From a virus (Duplodnaviria; Caudoviricetes): a stretch of DNA of 30,436 nt. The position numbers and the translations under genes are program-made. Location: positions 1-30,436 of the IMG/VR virus record IMGVR_UViG_3300030708_002914; one strand, written 5' to 3'. How positions within the stretch are numbered: the first letter of the stretch is position 1; every line of letters begins with the position of its first letter. Below the pieces are notes generated by a model. That model searched no databases. It saw nothing but the letters and a program-made list of their open reading frames with translations, and was not told where the DNA came from. Shown here piece after piece: positions 1 through 7,734 of this stretch.

Positions 1-223
1 GCATCGATGCCTTCCAGACCTGATCCCACCAAGCTGTAGGAGCGTCGAACTTACAAGCATATCGCTTGCACTCGATCACAAATGGATCAACAACAATGTC
101 ACCCAGCTCACCCTCGCGGTACTGATCTAGAACACGCTGGCAATCTACCCCGAGGTCGTCTTTCAGTTTGTTGACAATGTCCCGTTCAAACTGGTGACCC
201 TTGCGTCGAGCAGAGGCACTCAA
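1..223 (-). CDS. Holliday junction resolvase, PD-(D/E)xK Hjc-like (3' truncated by window edge)
   Basis: Manual translation from a TTG overlapping the upstream TGA: MSASARRKGHQFERDIVNKLKDDLGVDCQRVLDQYREGELGDIVVDPFVIECKRY... It has the RKG..FER, GD and IECK motifs. Not in the supplied ORF track. Confidence 0.75.
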   Translation of the reverse strand, partial: MSASARRKGHQFERDIVNKLKDDLGVDCQRVLDQYREGELGDIVVDPFVIECKRYACKFDAPTAWWDQVWKASM

Positions 224-522
224 GACTTATCCCGTGGATCGTTCCCGTTTGCGAACCTGATATAAAACTCTGCTTTCGCAAGGTCTTCAGCATCCGAGTT
301 ATGTTTATGCTTGCTACGCCACAAGTACTTGAAGGCTGCAATCTTCGCGTAGATCTGGACCTCTTCGATCCCAAAACAATGGATCATCGCGTCTATACAC
401 TCAATCTCTCCAGAGCTGTAGTGCTTTGGACTATTCACATTCTCGTGAATCTGCTCCTTACTAAGCGCGTCTGCTTCCAATCTCTTTACCTCCATCCGGT
501 TCAAAATTATTTCAGGTGACAT
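220..522 (-). CDS. DUF3310 family phage protein
   Basis: VNSPKHY..GEIECIDAM, FKYLWR..K and EDLAKAEFY motifs. Confidence 0.85.
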   Translation of the reverse strand: MSPEIILNRMEVKRLEADALSKEQIHENVNSPKHYSSGEIECIDAMIHCFGIEEVQIYAKIAAFKYLWRSKHKHNSDAEDLAKAEFYIRFANGNDPRDKS

Positions 523-832
523 CTAAAGGTCTCTGACCAAAAACTTTTTCATAGACATCGTGGTACAAATGATTTTCGTAGCCGTATCTCGCCTCGAATC
601 GACGCTTAAAGGGATGTCTGCTAGTGAATCTCTCGTTGTCCTCTCCGCTTCGGTGATGGTGATAACAAAGCGGGATCGTCAAAAGGTGTGAGTATTTTTT
701 TGTTTTGCCAGAGATGTGATGGATCTCGGGTGGGGTTACAACGTCCCACTGTTGCAAGCAAACTATGCAGCCCATCTGTTGGATCGCTTCCATCCAATCC
801 CTTTCTTCTTTGCTAGGGGCATGGCTTTTCAT
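512..832 (-). CDS. Ref-like (recombination enhancement) HNH-type nuclease
   Basis: GCIVC...PPEIHHISG...HLLTIPLCYHHHR zinc/HNH pattern. Confidence 0.75.
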   Translation of the reverse strand: MKSHAPSKEERDWMEAIQQMGCIVCLQQWDVVTPPEIHHISGKTKKYSHLLTIPLCYHHHRSGEDNERFTSRHPFKRRFEARYGYENHLYHDVYEKVFGQRPLDVT

Positions 833-1062
833 CTGTAAAACTTTCTGATGTGTCGATGAATATGTATGGGAGTGATAGTTCTAGCCGCTTTTTCCTGCTT
901 AACCACATAGCCCTTACGTTTTAGGACCGCAACATGTTCGGCAGCGGCGTTGGGGTTGACCTCTAACCCTTTAGCTATGTCGGAGATCGAGGGGGAATAA
1001 GTATTTTCCTCCCAAAATTCACAAATGAAGTCGAAGCATTTTTCCTGCGCTGAAGTGAGCAT
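829..1062 (-). CDS. LexA-like DNA-binding domain protein without peptidase domain (77 aa)
   Basis: LTSAQEKCFDFI...SPSISDIAKGL..NPNAAAEHVAVLKRKGYV...ARTI aligns by eye to the LexA N-terminal winged helix. A GGAGG Shine-Dalgarno (SD) precedes the ATG at 1062. Confidence 0.8.
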   Translation of the reverse strand: MLTSAQEKCFDFICEFWEENTYSPSISDIAKGLEVNPNAAAEHVAVLKRKGYVVKQEKAARTITPIHIHRHIRKFYR

Positions 1063-1063
1063 G

Positions 1064-1213
1064 TTATTTATCCTCCGAAAAGCACACCTTGATGCCTTCA
1101 AATGAAAATCCATTTGTCCTGGCAAACTGCTGCAACGATCTGTGCATATCTGATTCGTTCAGCTCAGGCAGCGACTCAGGATTCGGTATTCCAAAGGTGA
1201 CTTGCAGCTCCAC
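1064..1213 (-). CDS. Small hypothetical protein (49 aa, GTG start)
   Basis: Fills the gap between tightly packed co-oriented genes. The GTG lies just after the upstream stop. Confidence 0.5.
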   Translation of the reverse strand: MELQVTFGIPNPESLPELNESDMHRSLQQFARTNGFSFEGIKVCFSEDK

Positions 1214-1215
1214 AG

Positions 1216-1557
1216 CTAAGCCCTGTAAGCTCGTTTCTCGAGATTGATCGACGCAATCTTGGTCTGCCAAACGCGCACCTCCGCTTCTGCTGCTGTTAAA
1301 TTGCTTTTAGCACTAGCTAACATGCCCTTGGCTACTCCCCGCTTTACTCGTGCGTGAAACATTTCATCAGTCGCGTCAGCTTTTGTTGTCTGCGCTGCTG
1401 TACTTTTGATTCCTTCATTGGTTTGGAATCCCAACATTAGCGTAGCCATCAGTCGCTTTTCGTTTGCCTCCGCTTTCGCTAAAGCTCGTTCAGCTAACTT
1501 CACCTGATGACCGCATTCGCGAATGTTTTGTGCGAGTTTTTCTTCTTTGAGGTCCAT
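1216..1557 (-). CDS. Helical/coiled-coil phage protein (possibly UvsY-like recombination mediator)
   Basis: 113 aa, Ala-rich helical, with C-terminal WQT..AS...EKRAY. Coupled to the helicase stop. The UvsY likeness is only tentative. Confidence 0.55.
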   Translation of the reverse strand: MDLKEEKLAQNIRECGHQVKLAERALAKAEANEKRLMATLMLGFQTNEGIKSTAAQTTKADATDEMFHARVKRGVAKGMLASAKSNLTAAEAEVRVWQTKIASINLEKRAYRA

Positions 1558-3401
1558 TAAATTGGAGCGTCCTTTGCTCTAGGTTTTTTTACATAAACGT
1601 GCGGTTTGTGATGGTTGGCTTCGAGGTACTGGCAGCTTTGGTTGTGAAAGGTAAACCCTCGAATTCCTTCCCATGATCCATTACGGTTTTTCAGAATGTT
1701 TAGATAAACGTCATGAGTCTTCAGGATCTTTTCGTCAGGAACACTGTTAGTAGATTCGCAGTATTCAAGATGCTCTGCTTTTAGTTTGTTTTTCCATAAC
1801 GAAATGAAGCAATCAGCTAGATCGGTGATTGCTCCTGATCCCTTTACATCAAATTTGTTAGGGGCTTTGCTTTCGTTCTCGCCTTTTCTCGAGTGCGTTG
1901 CCAGGAAAATAGTTACTGGATAGCTCTGTTTGAAGTTTACTAACAGCTCCATGAAGTTTTGTTGTTCACGGCTGTCTTCGTGGTTGACCATATTGGTCAT
2001 CGAGTCAATGACAAATACGTTTATCCCATAACGCTTGTATGCGTAATCGAAACACTCCATCAGCACTTCTGGTTTCGGGGTTATGTTATCGACAAACAAC
2101 CAGAGGTTTGGCTCAAGCCAGCTCATGGCTTTTTCTTGGTGCTGTTCAGTTGGGTGTTTGTCGCCAGTAACCTGCTGGACCATCCTTCCTAAAGTTTGCT
2201 TAGGTCGCATTTCCATTGAAGCAATACAGACTTTGTTGTCTTGAGTCATAGCGTTAATCATGAGCTGGTTCAGCCACATCGATTTTCCATGACCGTTTAT
2301 TCCAGTGAGTCCGATTAACTCATGAGGTCTAAATCTAATGTCGTTCTCATCGATCTTGTCCCAGCCCGATTTCCAACCACTAGACTCATCAGAAGATTCT
2401 GAAAAGTAGCTGGCTACATCTTCATTGAACTCTGAAACACTCCTGAGCTGATCAGGATCTTTCCATTTAGCATCTTCAAATGCTTTCTTCAGAACTTCTC
2501 TTGCTTCCTCGTAGCCATAAGCCAAGACAAGGTCGTTGATATCTTTCGTTGGCAGTTTGACTCTGAAGCAGCGGTCTCCCAATCTCCTCATCAGCTCGGC
2601 AGCACACTTCTCTCCTGCTTCATCCTGATCTGTGCAAATTGCTATGTCCTCGAACCTCCCCAGATTCTCATACTCATGCTCGATCCAGCTCATGTTAGAT
2701 GCCCCAGAGGGTAGGCTAAGTGCAGGAAATCCGAGTTGCCGCGCCGCAATCTGATCAAGCTCTCCTTCGGTGATGAAGATTACTCGCTCATGTTTCGGGA
2801 CGGTGTGCCAGCCATACAAGATAGGCTTTAGATTCTTCTGATTGCATTGCCCAGGTTTCCCGTCGTAATTCATAGCTTTGTGTTTTAGGAAAGTTAGATC
2901 CCCATCGACACTGTAGAACTGGAACACCAGATCTGTGCCGTCAGTATTAAGTGACTCAGTGGCGTATATCTTGTGGAACAAACAAAGCTCTCCCACATCC
3001 TCGAATCCTCGAGATTCTAGGAAGGCATGAAGTACCTCTGTGTTTACTTGCTCTGGGGGTCGAGGCGGGTTGAACTTTTTTTTCTGCGCTTTTTCAATTT
3101 TTTGAGAAACCGTCTTGGACCTGATCCCAGCTTCTTTCGCGCTCCAGCTCATAGCTTCTTGGATGCTGCAACCTTTTCTGGAAATAATCAGGTCAAATAG
3201 ATCTCCATGATCTCCGCTTTCAAAGTCAGTCCACTGACCGGCTTTGTCCCCATTAAGGATCACTGACAAGGAACGACCATTGTTCCCCTCGAGATCTCCT
3301 AGCTTAAAATTTCCGCTCTCTACCTTGCCTTTCGGATATAGGCTTTTGCAGATGTGATACGCATGCGGTTTTAATTCTTCCTTGAGTTGCTTAATTTCCA
3401 T
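1557..3401 (-). CDS. Bifunctional DNA primase-helicase (Toprim + DnaB-like SF4; T7 gp4/Twinkle-like)
   Basis: Toprim motifs ITEGELD and DQDEAG. Walker A GINGHGKS, SMEM, Walker B VFVIDS, then H..K, KGSG.I.D.AD and KNR.G. Confidence 0.93.
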   Translation of the reverse strand: MEIKQLKEELKPHAYHICKSLYPKGKVESGNFKLGDLEGNNGRSLSVILNGDKAGQWTDFESGDHGDLFDLIISRKGCSIQEAMSWSAKEAGIRSKTVSQKIEKAQKKKFNPPRPPEQVNTEVLHAFLESRGFEDVGELCLFHKIYATESLNTDGTDLVFQFYSVDGDLTFLKHKAMNYDGKPGQCNQKNLKPILYGWHTVPKHERVIFITEGELDQIAARQLGFPALSLPSGASNMSWIEHEYENLGRFEDIAICTDQDEAGEKCAAELMRRLGDRCFRVKLPTKDINDLVLAYGYEEAREVLKKAFEDAKWKDPDQLRSVSEFNEDVASYFSESSDESSGWKSGWDKIDENDIRFRPHELIGLTGINGHGKSMWLNQLMINAMTQDNKVCIASMEMRPKQTLGRMVQQVTGDKHPTEQHQEKAMSWLEPNLWLFVDNITPKPEVLMECFDYAYKRYGINVFVIDSMTNMVNHEDSREQQNFMELLVNFKQSYPVTIFLATHSRKGENESKAPNKFDVKGSGAITDLADCFISLWKNKLKAEHLEYCESTNSVPDEKILKTHDVYLNILKNRNGSWEGIRGFTFHNQSCQYLEANHHKPHVYVKKPRAKDAPI

Positions 3402-4124
3402 TTATCTTATTGCCCCTAAATAATCCATGTGATCGTTTTGTTTTTTAAAAGCTTTGACGCTGCCCCAATCAGGGTCTCCTATGGATTGCCATTCCCGATT
3501 GATTGCGTTTTTAACTAATCCCTCGAAGTCTCGATGCCCTGCCGCTACGAGTGCATTGAAATGAGCAGTATGTAAATTGATTTGTTTTTGAGTTGGCTTA
3601 CGGTTTCGGTTTTGCTTGATCTTGTGTTTCCACCAGAGAGTCCACGCTTGTTCCGAAACATGTTCAGGCGGAGAGGAGAAGAGCTCTTCTTCTACAATGT
3701 TATTTCTTACTAATGATTCTTCTTTAAGAATGTTACTTCTTACGTCTTCGTTTTTAAGATCTTCAGAATTAAGATCTTTGTTTTTAAGATCTTCAGAATT
3801 GCGATCTTGGGGTTCAGCTGAAACGAGCCAATCCCAGATCAACTTTCCTTTGATGCGCGTTGGAGGAATCCTGGTGATGTACCCTGCTCTCTCGAGATCT
3901 TGTGTGATCTTCGTAACTCGGTTCGGTGAGATTCCAAAATGCTTGGCGATCTGTGATCCCTGCACTTGCCAATCATCTTTGTGAGAAAGGAGGTAGACTA
4001 GGACTCCAAGAGACTCAGGCTTCAGTTCATCACCACGTCGCTTCGTATCGGTTCCGCCTCTCAACAATAGATTCGGAAGGACTGTAAAGTTATCGAGATA
4101 TTTGTCTTTGGGTCTAAAGATCAA
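3402..4124 (-). CDS. Phage replication initiator (HTH, lambda O/replisome organiser-like)
   Basis: N-terminal FTVLPN...LGVLVYLLS..DDW...IAKHFG...LERAGYI winged helix, internal DNA repeats, directly upstream of the primase-helicase. TTG start with a GGAG SD. Confidence 0.8.
   Translation of the reverse strand: MIFRPKDKYLDNFTVLPNLLLRGGTDTKRRGDELKPESLGVLVYLLSHKDDWQVQGSQIAKHFGISPNRVTKITQDLERAGYITRIPPTRIKGKLIWDWLVSAEPQDRNSEDLKNKDLNSEDLKNEDVRSNILKEESLVRNNIVEEELFSSPPEHVSEQAWTLWWKHKIKQNRNRKPTQKQINLHTAHFNALVAAGHRDFEGLVKNAINREWQSIGDPDWGSVKAFKKQNDHMDYLGAIR
3696..3817. repeat. Iteron array plus AT-rich repeats: probable replication origin
   Basis: 15-bp-period units with a GATCTT core at 3758, 3773, 3788 and 3803 (TTTTTAAGATCTTCAGAATT exact at 3751 and 3781). 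Adjacent AATGTTA(T/C)TTCTTAC pair at 3696 and 3729. Confidence 0.75.
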
Positions 4125-4149
4125 TTAGTCGCTCTCCATGCAGCCATTG

Positions 4150-4179
4150 ATTTTAAATCTACAGATTAAAAATAGTCAA
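4150..4179 (-). promoter_or_regulatory. Putative sigma70 promoter of the replication operon
   Basis: TTGACT-N18-TAAAAT on the minus strand, about 25 nt upstream of the initiator start. Confidence 0.55.
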
Positions 4180-4306
4180 CTGTAGATGTAATTCTAATAC
4201 TTAGATTATTTATACACCCTTACTGTATAAAAAAACAGTTGGCATTATTTTGAATATAAATATATTCTCGCGACTTATAGATATATAGAAATATAGATCT
4301 GTAGAT
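4157..4306. promoter_or_regulatory. Repeated operator-like motif ATCT(AC/GT)AGAT
   Basis: ATCTACAGAT 4157-4166 (promoter spacer), AACTGTAGAT 4178-4187 (overlapping the -35 edge) and ATCTGTAGAT 4297-4306. A related ATCTACAGAG lies at 5474-5483, upstream of the recombination genes. Confidence 0.55.
4221..4240. promoter_or_regulatory. LexA (SOS) box, gamma/betaproteobacterial type
   Basis: TACTGTATAAAAAAACAGTT matches CTGT-N8-ACAG with an AT-rich spacer. It abuts a possible rightward promoter TTGGCA-N16-TATATT (4239-4266). Confidence 0.8.
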
Positions 4307-4401
4307 GCGTAGGGGTGGAGTAGATCCTATAGAAGAATTGCTGGTGACAGTTATTTCCTCTAGCCCAGCAATTTAATACAAACACATGGAGTGTCATTAA
4401 A

Positions 4402-4830
4402 ATGGAAAAAAAAGAGAGAGCCAATTGGCTTAACCGCCAATTAGCAAACAAAGGAATCCCAGAATACGGTCGCGCAGCAACGCTTGCAAAACGAATAGAT
4501 TGTTCGAATGCAGTTTGCCAGGGCTGGCTTCAGGGCTCTTTGCCAAAAGACCTTAAACTTGCGCTGAGTTTTTCTCGAGAATTCGATATAAACCTGAATG
4601 AATGGGTGACCGGTCAACCCATGTCAGCAAAAGATCAAGAAAACATGCAAAACTCAGTCTTGGTTGCTCGTCGTTTTGAAAGAGAAATGGGAGAACTAAC
4701 CGATGACCAGTTCATCATGGTTTCTAAACTCATTTACGAAAACGAGCAAGCTGACAAGGGATCAATCGAACAGACATTGAAAGTTGTAGCATCAATAGTC
4801 CAAAACAAGAACGGAACGAACGGAGACTAG
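4402..4830 (+). CDS. XRE/CI-like HTH transcriptional regulator lacking an S24 autopeptidase domain
   Basis: GRAATLAKRIDCSNAVCQGWLQGSLP...FDINLNEWVTG HTH. Divergent from the replication operon, 142 aa, no Ser/Lys peptidase motifs recognised. Confidence 0.75.
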   Translation: MEKKERANWLNRQLANKGIPEYGRAATLAKRIDCSNAVCQGWLQGSLPKDLKLALSFSREFDINLNEWVTGQPMSAKDQENMQNSVLVARRFEREMGELTDDQFIMVSKLIYENEQADKGSIEQTLKVVASIVQNKNGTNGD

Positions 4831-4842
4831 AAGGAGCGAGAC

Positions 4843-5448
4843 ATGATAGGTGACGACAACGAAGTAAAGGAAGTGTTGTTAAATTGGTTAAAAAGTAAAA
4901 AAGATCTTTACAATAATGGCAAGAAAGCACCTGTCTCTGCAAAACATAAATGGCGAGAGACAGATATTATTCCTTGGAAAAATTTACATAACGAATCAGT
5001 CGAGGCAGAGTTTTTAGTTCAAGCCTACATCGATTCAGTTTTTAAAGAAGGCTATCGTCCTCCGCTTTTTTGCAAAGGCTACGAAGGTGTGATGACGCAA
5101 GACGGAGAAACCGTTAAAACGGAAACCTACTGGCACCCAAATGCGTGGGAGGGGATTGAAGTCGTGAAAGAGGTTTACCGAAGAAAAATTGATCCACAGC
5201 CCTACTACGATATGTTTCCTCACACAGAACGTAACGACAAAAAAGAATGGGTAGTTCTGGAGGCTCAGGATAATTCTTTAACCATAGAAGTGAAAACTAA
5301 GAAAGATTTCTTCTATATAAAAAGGATTCCACAGGGTCTTGCAAGGGCTTTTAGATCTTTTGCGCGGCAACGCAACAAGCTTTTCCCCGGAGTGCATGTG
5401 CTGTTACCAGAATATAACAACAACGTGTATATATTAAAAAAAGATTAA
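4843..5448 (+). CDS. Hypothetical protein (201 aa)
   Basis: AAGGAG SD, AT-rich, co-oriented with the regulator. No motif recognised. Confidence 0.7.
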   Translation: MIGDDNEVKEVLLNWLKSKKDLYNNGKKAPVSAKHKWRETDIIPWKNLHNESVEAEFLVQAYIDSVFKEGYRPPLFCKGYEGVMTQDGETVKTETYWHPNAWEGIEVVKEVYRRKIDPQPYYDMFPHTERNDKKEWVVLEAQDNSLTIEVKTKKDFFYIKRIPQGLARAFRSFARQRNKLFPGVHVLLPEYNNNVYILKKD

Positions 5449-5516
5449 TTTGATATTTACTGTTTAATTTCTCATCTACAGAGGGTAAACTCGGTGTGTA
5501 AACGGAGATTTTGCAC

Positions 5517-6158
5517 ATGGAGAAAGTCACAAGAAAATCGATCTGGGATACCCTCTCCCAGATTTCCCCCGACAAATTTAAGAAAGAAAAGTTTCGCGGC
5601 GTAGACTTCGTCAGCTGGATGGATTGCCATCAGGTGATGATGTCGAAGTTCCCAGAGTATGAATGGGAATTTTTAAAAAACGCCGAGGGATCAGATATCC
5701 ATTATTTCGCGGATGGAACCGCTGAGGTGCAGTGCCGAACAACAGTCGGGGCGCACTCGATAGTCACCTCTCTACCGATACAGTACAAGATGACTGCGAT
5801 CAAAAATCCAGATGCTTTCAGTATTAACAACGCAAAGCAGCGTTGCAGAGCTAAAGGACTAGCAGAGTTCGGTCTGTTCTGGAATTTGTGGTCGAAACTC
5901 GATATTGAAGAGCAGCAAAACGAAGAGCCACCCAAGCAGCAAGAAGACACGGAGGAAGAAGATTTGTTCATGTCCATCGATGAGGTGTGGGAGCAGAACA
6001 AAGACGACATGCTGCAAGCAAAAAATAAACCTGAAAGAGAAAGACAGTTTACTCGCTTCAAAAAGCGGGTTCGCGACCTCACGGGAGACTCAATGTCTGA
6101 CGAAGAGGTTGCTGAGTGGAGAAAGGTTTACGAAGAAGCCATCAAGGAGAACAAGTGA
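5517..6158 (+). CDS. Sak-like/DUF1071 single-strand annealing protein (Rad52-like)
   Basis: IWDTLSQI, FVSW, DGTAEV, PDAFSINNAKQRC..K.LA.FGL motifs. GGAG SD before the ATG at 5517. Confidence 0.75.
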   Translation: MEKVTRKSIWDTLSQISPDKFKKEKFRGVDFVSWMDCHQVMMSKFPEYEWEFLKNAEGSDIHYFADGTAEVQCRTTVGAHSIVTSLPIQYKMTAIKNPDAFSINNAKQRCRAKGLAEFGLFWNLWSKLDIEEQQNEEPPKQQEDTEEEDLFMSIDEVWEQNKDDMLQAKNKPERERQFTRFKKRVRDLTGDSMSDEEVAEWRKVYEEAIKENK

Positions 6159-7165
6159 TGGCAGCAAAAGTAGCAAAACAAGGATCGGCAGAGTGGAATC
6201 GATTACGAGCAGCATCTATTAACTGTTCGGATTCAGCCGCTTGGGAACTTAAACACCCGTACACCAAGCCAAACGACATCATCAGGGCTCAGGTCAGAGC
6301 TCTTGACGGAGCCAACAGCGAATTCGTTTCTAACCCAGCTATTAGGCACGGAATCGAAACGGAAGGTGAGGCGTTAGAATTTCTTGCTCAGCACAAGGGT
6401 TATGAAATCGTTAAAGCAGGATCAATCGCTCACGAGGAGTATCAGTTTCTGCGCGGATCGCCAGACGGATTGGTCGGGCTTATAGGAGGAGTTGAAGCTA
6501 AATGCCCTATGAGCAGGGTTTACAGTGTCTACGATGACGACAAGGTGATGTACCTGTACCAGTGCTATGGGGTCATGGAAGTTTGCGATCTCGATTGGAT
6601 CGACTTCATTTGCTACATAAGCCCTGATGAATTCCACATTGATCGCGTCGAGCGGCAGGAAGGATGGCTCGAGCAAAAGGTGTCAGCCGAGTACATGCCG
6701 CAACCTCGAGCCGGAACAGTTAGAAGAATTGATTTATGGCAAGCGTGGCACAACCAGCTGCACAACGAGTACCAAGATCCAGAGCTCAAACGAAAGCACA
6801 TTCAGCCGAAACAACCGGATGCAGCGATGATCAAGGAAGATTCTGATCTAGCTGAATTGTCAAAGGCGTGGGCTCGAGTCAGCAAGATTAAGGAGCGGAT
6901 CTCTGATGACTTGGAAGCGATTAAAACGCTAGAAGAAGTTATTTCTAAAAACAAAAAAAAGGTCGCGGATAGACACGGCGGATCTGTTACGGACGGAGCT
7001 GTCCTGGTTGAGGTGATTAAGAAAACGCCACCCGTGGATTATGAAAAGATTTTTGAGCATTTCGGTGGAGAAAAAGCACTGATAGAAAGCGGCAAGACTT
7101 TCATGGATTTTCGAAAGACTACGAATACCAGACAGATCTCCATCAAGCAGTACGCAAGTAAATGA
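6158..7165 (+). CDS. YqaJ/lambda-exonuclease family protein
   Basis: QGSAEW..LR, GSPDGL, EAKCP and YQ..G.M motifs. TGATG coupling to the annealase gene places the start at 6158. Confidence 0.88.
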   Translation: MAAKVAKQGSAEWNRLRAASINCSDSAAWELKHPYTKPNDIIRAQVRALDGANSEFVSNPAIRHGIETEGEALEFLAQHKGYEIVKAGSIAHEEYQFLRGSPDGLVGLIGGVEAKCPMSRVYSVYDDDKVMYLYQCYGVMEVCDLDWIDFICYISPDEFHIDRVERQEGWLEQKVSAEYMPQPRAGTVRRIDLWQAWHNQLHNEYQDPELKRKHIQPKQPDAAMIKEDSDLAELSKAWARVSKIKERISDDLEAIKTLEEVISKNKKKVADRHGGSVTDGAVLVEVIKKTPPVDYEKIFEHFGGEKALIESGKTFMDFRKTTNTRQISIKQYASK

Positions 7166-7236
7166 GTATGCGTCATGTAAATGTTCGACAAGGACACAGG
7201 CGCGAGAGAAGAAATTTTTTAACTAATGGTGGGCAA

Positions 7237-7551
7237 ATGGCATACGAAATGAAACCCAATACGGGAAAAGCTTGGGAAACCTCAAAGGAGGACAAGAAAA
7301 AGAACCATGAGCGACTCATGGAGCAAGAGTGGTACGTCAACAAAACCACTGAAGAGAAACGAGAGTTGATCGACAAGTGGACCGGGAACATCAAGGTGCA
7401 AACGGATTCCGGCGTAAAGGATATGAAGATTGCCCTGCAAGAAGGCACGAGCTTGAAGGGCAGACCTCAAATGTCGATTCGATTGTGGGAAGCAAAGCCA
7501 CGACCTGATTCTGATGGATCAGGTGACAGTGACGGAGATATCCCCTTTTGA
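7237..7551 (+). CDS. SSB-like protein with acidic tail
   Basis: C-terminal DSDGDIPF tail, beta-rich core, follows the annealase and exonuclease. Confidence 0.6.
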   Translation: MAYEMKPNTGKAWETSKEDKKKNHERLMEQEWYVNKTTEEKRELIDKWTGNIKVQTDSGVKDMKIALQEGTSLKGRPQMSIRLWEAKPRPDSDGSGDSDGDIPF

Positions 7552-7554
7552 ATT

Positions 7555-7707
7555 TGCAGAGAGCGGGACTCAAGCTTCGGGAGATAGTGGTCTCGAGGGC
7601 TCTCCGCACCCAGCAAGTAGCTTGCTGAGGGGGAAAAGGGGTGATGAAGTGCGGTCCCGCGACAGGAGTATTGGTACTGCTTCTGAATATTAATCGCCAA
7701 TCACCCC
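7555..7707 (+). ncRNA. Candidate structured RNA/leader (three stems)
   Basis: TGCAGAGAGC/GCTCTCCGCA (7555-7608), CAGCAAG-TAG-CTTGCTG (7611-7627) and GGGGTGAT/ATCACCCC (7638-7707), the last enclosing CAGGAG. Confidence 0.4.
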
Positions 7708-7734
7708 CGCCACTATAAGTTTAAAGGACATTAA

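Noticed and set aside
6116-7236. Longer ORF-track starts for the exonuclease (6116) and SSB-like (7162) genes
   Set aside because: Stop-start coupling and motif boundaries favour 6158 and 7237. The SSB-like start is less certain.
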